A stretch of DNA of 63,981 nucleotides, counting the filler, from Mitosporidium daphniae (lineage: Eukaryota), in assembly GCF_000760515.2 (NCBI RefSeq). It is 10 parts of 10 records of this genome, joined end to end, with 100 filler letters (N's around TTAATTAATTAA, not from the genome) between each part and the next. Parts side by side here need not be neighbours in the genome. Positions count along the whole stretch, not along the records: positions 55,417 to 62,069 come from NW_013546636.1; positions 62,170 to 63,981 come from NW_013546528.1; 8 more parts are not named here. One strand, written 5' to 3'. This document shows, one piece after another, positions 59,129 through 63,981 of the stretch; positions within the stretch are counted from its first letter, which is position 1, and each line of letters starts with the position of its first letter. Under the pieces are notes generated by a model, which did no database searches, was not told the origin of the DNA, and saw only the letters and a program-made list of their open reading frames with translations. A program made the translations under genes and the position numbers.

Positions 59129-59617
59129 ATGGATGATTCAACCCAACCGTATCATGCTTTTATTGGCGCACACAAAATGCTTGCGAAGGGCCCCAGTGAT
59201 CGACAAAAAACTTTAACAGATGTTGCCGTTGCTCCCGACGAGGAGGAGATTCAATTGCGTCTAAAGTTTTTGTGGACAGCGGCGTTTAGCCTCTCTGCAC
59301 AGTCTGCAACCGCGCAACTCTCCTCTTCAATGCTGGAGAAGCTTGTGCAGCTTGCTAGCGACTGTCAACTTAATCTTCCCATTTCTTTCTGGAGACGAGT
59401 TTGTCCCCATTGCCTTTCCTTTTATCATGTTTCAGGCTATACAATACCCGAGTGGAATGATGTCTCTGCGGATCGAACGATCGAAATGGATAGGATAATT
59501 GGAAAAGACGCGCCAAATAGCCTTTCCGCTGCTTTGTCAAGAAAAAAAGGTCCGTTTGTCATTTACATTTGCGACATTTGCGCCGGTGGAGCCAAATGGA
59601 TGCTTCCTTTAAAATGA
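59129..59617 (+). CDS. RPR2: RNase P subunit Rpr2/Rpp21-like
   Basis: RLKFLWTAA, LPISFWRRVCPHC, YICDIC (two CxxC zinc pairs). Confidence 0.75.
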   Translation: MDDSTQPYHAFIGAHKMLAKGPSDRQKTLTDVAVAPDEEEIQLRLKFLWTAAFSLSAQSATAQLSSSMLEKLVQLASDCQLNLPISFWRRVCPHCLSFYHVSGYTIPEWNDVSADRTIEMDRIIGKDAPNSLSAALSRKKGPFVIYICDICAGGAKWMLPLK

Positions 59618-59876
59618 TTGGAGCTCTCAGCACATCTGTGTGGCCTTCCCATAATGCCAATAAATTTGCATGAATGCAAAAAATTACTCTATGTGCACAT
59701 TGCATGCAAAAATATACCATCCACAACATAAACAGTTGGCTTTACAGCCAGGGTCACGCGGCCTCGCTCGTTTGTTTGGGAAGAGCTTCTTATCCTCCAT
59801 GTTGATAAATTTTAAATTTTACTGTTTTGTAATGATATTTTGATGAGATTCTTCTTTAGTTGACAACACCCTGTTC

Positions 59877-61185
59877 TTGATGATGGTTTTTCCAACCAAG
59901 GCCTTGCTCATATCGATATTTATTCTTACCATTATTGGAATTTCTCTGTTCTACGCAGGCGATATCAACAAACAGGGCAATTCCGTAAGGATAGCCCAAA
60001 TTTTCCTTGCAATCGCCCTAACCATTGCGGCCGGTATTGTGTCTGGACTGACGCTTGGCTTGATGTCTCTGGACGAAACCAAGCTGAAAATTCTTCTCTC
60101 CTCGGGTACGCCCCAGGAACAGTCTTTCGCCGCAAGGATAATACCCATTAGGTCTGATCCGTATTTGCTGCTTTGCACCCTGCTTGCAGCCAATGCTGTC
60201 ATTTCTGAGAGCCTTCCCATAGTAATTGATCGAATTTTGGGCGAAAGTTGGAAGGCAATTCTTTCTTCGACGTTAATTTTGCTGCTGTTTGGCGAGCTCA
60301 TTCCACAGGCATACTTTTCAATGTATTGTTACGGTCCCATACTTTGATTTTGTGATTTATATTTCATTGTCGCAAAAATCCCTCTCATCCCTAGTTATGG
60401 CCTTGCAGCGGGTGCCAGGCTCTCCGGGCTTGTTCGTGTCATGACTTTTTTTTGGCGCCACTGGTGTATCCGCTTTCATTTGCTCTGAAGTGGCTTCTTG
60501 GGAAAGGCGCTCATCAAAGCTCCATACAGTTCAAAAGAGAAGAGCTGAAAGCACTTATGAGGCTACTTTTGAACACCCAATTGACGCACGATGAGGTCGA
60601 TATCCTTACGGGAGTCCTGGACCTGATTGGTATTGGTTGTAGTTTTAGGATTAGAGAAAACCCCACGCGCTTTAATGACACCCCTGAACCAGGTGTTTAT
60701 GCTGGACGCAGACACTATCATAACCCCCTCCCTTACTAAAATGGTACCATATTCGATATTTTGTGCATCTAGATTTCACAGAATGGATACTCAAGAATTC
60801 CTCTTTTTACTGATGGAGAAAAGAAAAATGTTGTCTCTATCCTTCTAACGAGAACATTACTCAGTTCAAACCCCGGAGTCACACTTGGGTCTCTTGCGAT
60901 TCCCAAGCCCTCGCTGTTGTCAGTGTCGGCCAATTGTTCGCTTTTTGAACTTTTGCGGCTGTTCAGAGAGGGAAATTGTGGGCAAATTTCATTAATTGAA
61001 TCCTAGATGGACACATGGCCCTTGTCATTGGTGAGGACAGTTGGGGAGGCGCGCATTCTCAGCAGGGCAGCAATGAAAATACCAGAAATAACGGAAACAT
61101 CATTGGAATTATCACCATTGAGGATGTGATTGAAGAAATCATCAACCATGACATATATGACGAATCAGACCTGGGTATTTGCTAG
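59877..61185 (+). CDS. CNNM/DUF21-CBS metal transporter (Mam3-like), multi-exon
   Basis: AGIVSGLTLGLMSLD, LLCTLLAANA..SESLPI, FGELIPQA, MTPLNQVF, GYSRIP, GHMALV, GIITIEDVIEEII..DIYDESD. Confidence 0.92.
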
Positions 61186-61293
61186 TCATTTATTGTAAAG
61201 GGAATAAATCCAAATTTAAATTGTTTACGGAGCACATCCACATGTGTGGAGACCGCCGCGCTTTTGTTAAAATTATATTATATCGCAAATTGC

Positions 61294-62069
61294 ATGTCGC
61301 CTGTCCGAATTCTGTCGCTCAATGCCTTTCTCCGCCCGCCCGGAATCAATACAAATGGATGCGATTATAAGGACTTGAGGGTAAGTATTCTTTTGAACGA
61401 AATCTTTCCAAAGTAACGATTCACTTTGACTTGGAATAGGTACGATGTCATTGTCCTTCAGGAAGTGTTTGCCTTTGGATCGTCTAGAAAATCCAAAATC
61501 GTTAAGGCTGCCAAGGCCATCGGGTTTACCTACTCTGCAACGACACCGGGCATTGGCCGGCTAATTTCCCCTGTTGACGCCGGCCTCTTGATTCTCAGCA
61601 AATTCGAAATAAGATCCTTTTTCTGGAAAATCTTGCCATTGGGATGGTATGCTGATAGGTAAGAAGCATAAAGTGACCATAAGATTAGCGTCAAAGTCTT
61701 TTTTGCATGCCGAAATTTTGCTTCCAGGTGAGAAGATCATCCATCTGATTACGACTCACCTTCAATCGACTCCACCCTCGTCAAAGGACTCGTCCAAATA
61801 CAAAAAAATCCGAGATTCGCAATGTAAAGCCATCAGGGAATACATCTACGAGTTCATCATAAAGGATCCGGAAATCCACCACGATCCAATTTTGCTTGTT
61901 GGCGATTTGAACATCGACGGTCGAGCTTCGCACGATTCAGAATACAAGGAGATCTTCCAAAAGTACTTTAGCGAGTTTACCGATTTGCTTTTAAAGCCTT
62001 GCTCTCGAGAACCGCTTGAAGCTCAACTCTCAAACGTGAAAATTTGCGATAAAATGCTCCAAACGCCCG
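61294..62069 (+). CDS. EEP-family neutral sphingomyelinase-like phosphodiesterase, 3'-truncated
   Basis: RILSLNAFLRPP, YDVIVLQEVF, DAGLLILSKF, ADR|LASK, TTHLQS, LVGDLN. Confidence 0.85.
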
Positions 62070-62169
62070 NNNNNNNNNNNNNNNNNNNNNNNNNNNNNNN
62101 NNNNNNNNNNNNNTTAATTAATTAANNNNNNNNNNNNNNNNNNNNNNNNNNNNNNNNNNNNNNNNNNNN

Positions 62170-63620
62170 TTTTACGATTAAAAACAAAGCCAAGCATCCA
62201 CCTGATACAACATTCAATATATCGTTGGGAAATTTTTTTTTGGAATTGTTCCAGTCTTTGTTGGGCACACTTTTCCTGTGCGGGAATACTCAGCAAGCTC
62301 GGCCGGGGAATAGAAGGCATCCTAGATTGTTGCAATCATGTTGTTCAAATCCTTTTCGGTCTTGCCGAGCCGCGCCGCAATCAAAATTCTCCGCATTCAG
62401 GCGCGGGTAACTGAAATGTTTGCGTGGAAGGGGACCTATGATGTAGAACCATTCCATTAGATAATTCGTCACTTTACATATTAATAAACAATAATTTACC
62501 ATTAAATCATCCGGATTACTTCCGCGGGGACTGCTACTTGCCGTTGGGGTGCTTGAAAATGCGATGGCTGCTGGCTTACTATCGCCTGAATCTTCCCCAT
62601 GTTTTCCTCAAAACCTCGAAAAACATAAACAAAGTGTTATTACCAGGCTGAAAAAAGCTGTATTGCAATGATACCTACTTGATGCGAGTTGAATGATGAG
62701 ATCATCTGACTGCTTCCTTTTTTCGATCGACTCCAGCTTTTCACGCAGCTCCATTGCCTTGCTTTCACGGTTGACTAGTTGGATCGCATCTGGTCCAGCT
62801 CTTTTTCCAACGCAGAGATTTTGCTTTTATAAGCCTCCATGGTACTATTTCCATTTTCTGTCCGCTGTTCTTCCAGCTCACGAATTTTTGCTTTCAGTTC
62901 TTCGTTTTCCTAAAATTAAATGATTGCATTAAATTGAGTTTGAGTTTTACAAAATAATATACCTTTTCAAAATGAGAACGCCTAAAGCTCTGGTCTTGCT
63001 GGGACGAATAAGAAAGCTGACGGTGGCTTCGGCTTACAACTTTTTTTTTTAGGCTGTACGAGATCCATAGCAAGTTTTCCTCCAAGTCCAGTTTCCTCTG
63101 TCGGAGGAAATCTTTGTCATCTGTGTGGGTATAGAAAATATTTCTTAAGACAATTTCTGAAAAACTTATAAGGCTAGAGACAATGTTTAAAAAACAATTT
63201 CAAGATGTTAATTAACTGTTAAACAGTCGTTTTATAGGCTAGATACTAATCAAACTTACCTGAAAAGCACATTGGAACACCAACCCGGTGATAACAGTCC
63301 TCAATATTGTTGATGTACGACTTAAGGTTCCAATGTGATGAATCACCCTTTGGCCGTCTATCAGTAAAAACAAGGTACGTTACTCTTCTGTAAGACCTTT
63401 GAAACTAAATAAGTTTAAACTAGTTACCTAACCACTACTTGTCTCTTACTCTCAATTCACAACGACAAAAGAGCCAGGACATCCTTCTCATCTTCGCAGA
63501 GTGTTGGTTTAAAAATTGCAGACACTGACGCAATACCAGGTGGCTGCTTAGTGAAATCAAACAACACCATGAGCAAATACACATTTTGTACAGAGGTAGC
63601 TTTAGCCATTATAACCTGCA
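62170..63620 (-). pseudogene. Disrupted multi-exon coiled-coil + BEN-domain-like gene
   Basis: ENEELKAKIRELEE...LEKELDQ coiled coil; after 64-nt intron 62436-62499: NMIATI*DAFYSPAELAEYSRTGKVCPTKTGTIPK; several in-frame stops and frameshifts. Confidence 0.5.
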
Positions 63621-63981
63621 TTATAAAACAAGTTGTAGCATTATATCTACCAAAACCCTAAGCAATGATTTATAGAAAAGATATAATCACAAGTAAGTCT
63701 AAATAACATTTGTTCTTACCCTTGAGATTTTTGCTTTGTGATTAGGCTCACAGAAAAGGTCACCTACTGCTAAAACATTCAGAAACTAGCTATTTCTCTT
63801 CGTTCACAGAGTTATTTCAGCAACTACACATAACTGGACACTTGAAATTCCTCTCTAGAGACTTGTATGGAGGGAAATTTAGGCGCCATCCTTTCGAACG
63901 TTGCCGGAGAAATCTATTTCTGGTATTAGAATAGAAAGAGACTATGTATTTACATTTTTCACTGAAATTATTTTTTTTAAT

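Noticed and set aside
15119..59617. tRNA-processing gene cluster (DUS, RPP30, SEN2, RPR2)
   Set aside because: The genes lie on different, artificially joined contigs
63254..63262. U1 snRNA 5' end (ACTTACCTG)
   Set aside because: It is the reverse complement of a minus-strand CAG|GTAAGT donor; no U1 stem-loops or Sm site recognised
1..63981. rRNA, tRNA, intact transposon or prokaryotic operon/defence system
   Set aside because: None recognised by eye; tRNAscan-SE and Infernal would be needed to exclude small RNAs

Overview
This is eukaryotic, not prokaryotic, sequence, and it is not one continuous locus. It consists of ten separate assembly contigs joined by an artificial 100-bp linker (N44-TTAATTAATTAA-N44). 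The eight complete internal contigs fall steadily in size (6942, 6883, 6799, 6790, 6764, 6749, 6699, 6653 bp), so gene neighbourhood across linkers is meaningless. Nine contigs look like a very compact early-diverging fungal or pre-microsporidian genome. Evidence: tiny GT-AG introns (mostly 23-33 nt), head-to-head genes only 26-85 bp apart, AAATT-rich motifs before ATGs, a fungal WOPR factor, and mitochondrial genes (uS17m, GEP4, AUH). A Mitosporidium/Paramicrosporidium-like Rozellomycota organism is an inference, not a database result. About 40 genes are present, mostly housekeeping (PAF1, LRO1, RPP30, RPR2, DSK2, MTR10, ERD2, ESS1, EEF1G, VMS1, SEN2, SMD3, VPS74, BUR1/CDK9, RRB1, hexokinase and others). 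The most interesting items are candidate host-interaction proteins: an AT-rich secreted Gly-X-Y repeat protein broken by one in-frame TAA, an 8-Cys RGD mini-protein next to a CAP gene, and a GPI-like Cys-poor ML-domain protein. Also notable are a bacterial-type DusA, a decayed protein-kinase pseudogene missed by the ORF track, a CDC20-like protein lacking its APC/C motifs, and a last contig with a BEN-domain-like pseudogene that may be animal host DNA. I do not see a convincing new multi-gene system.
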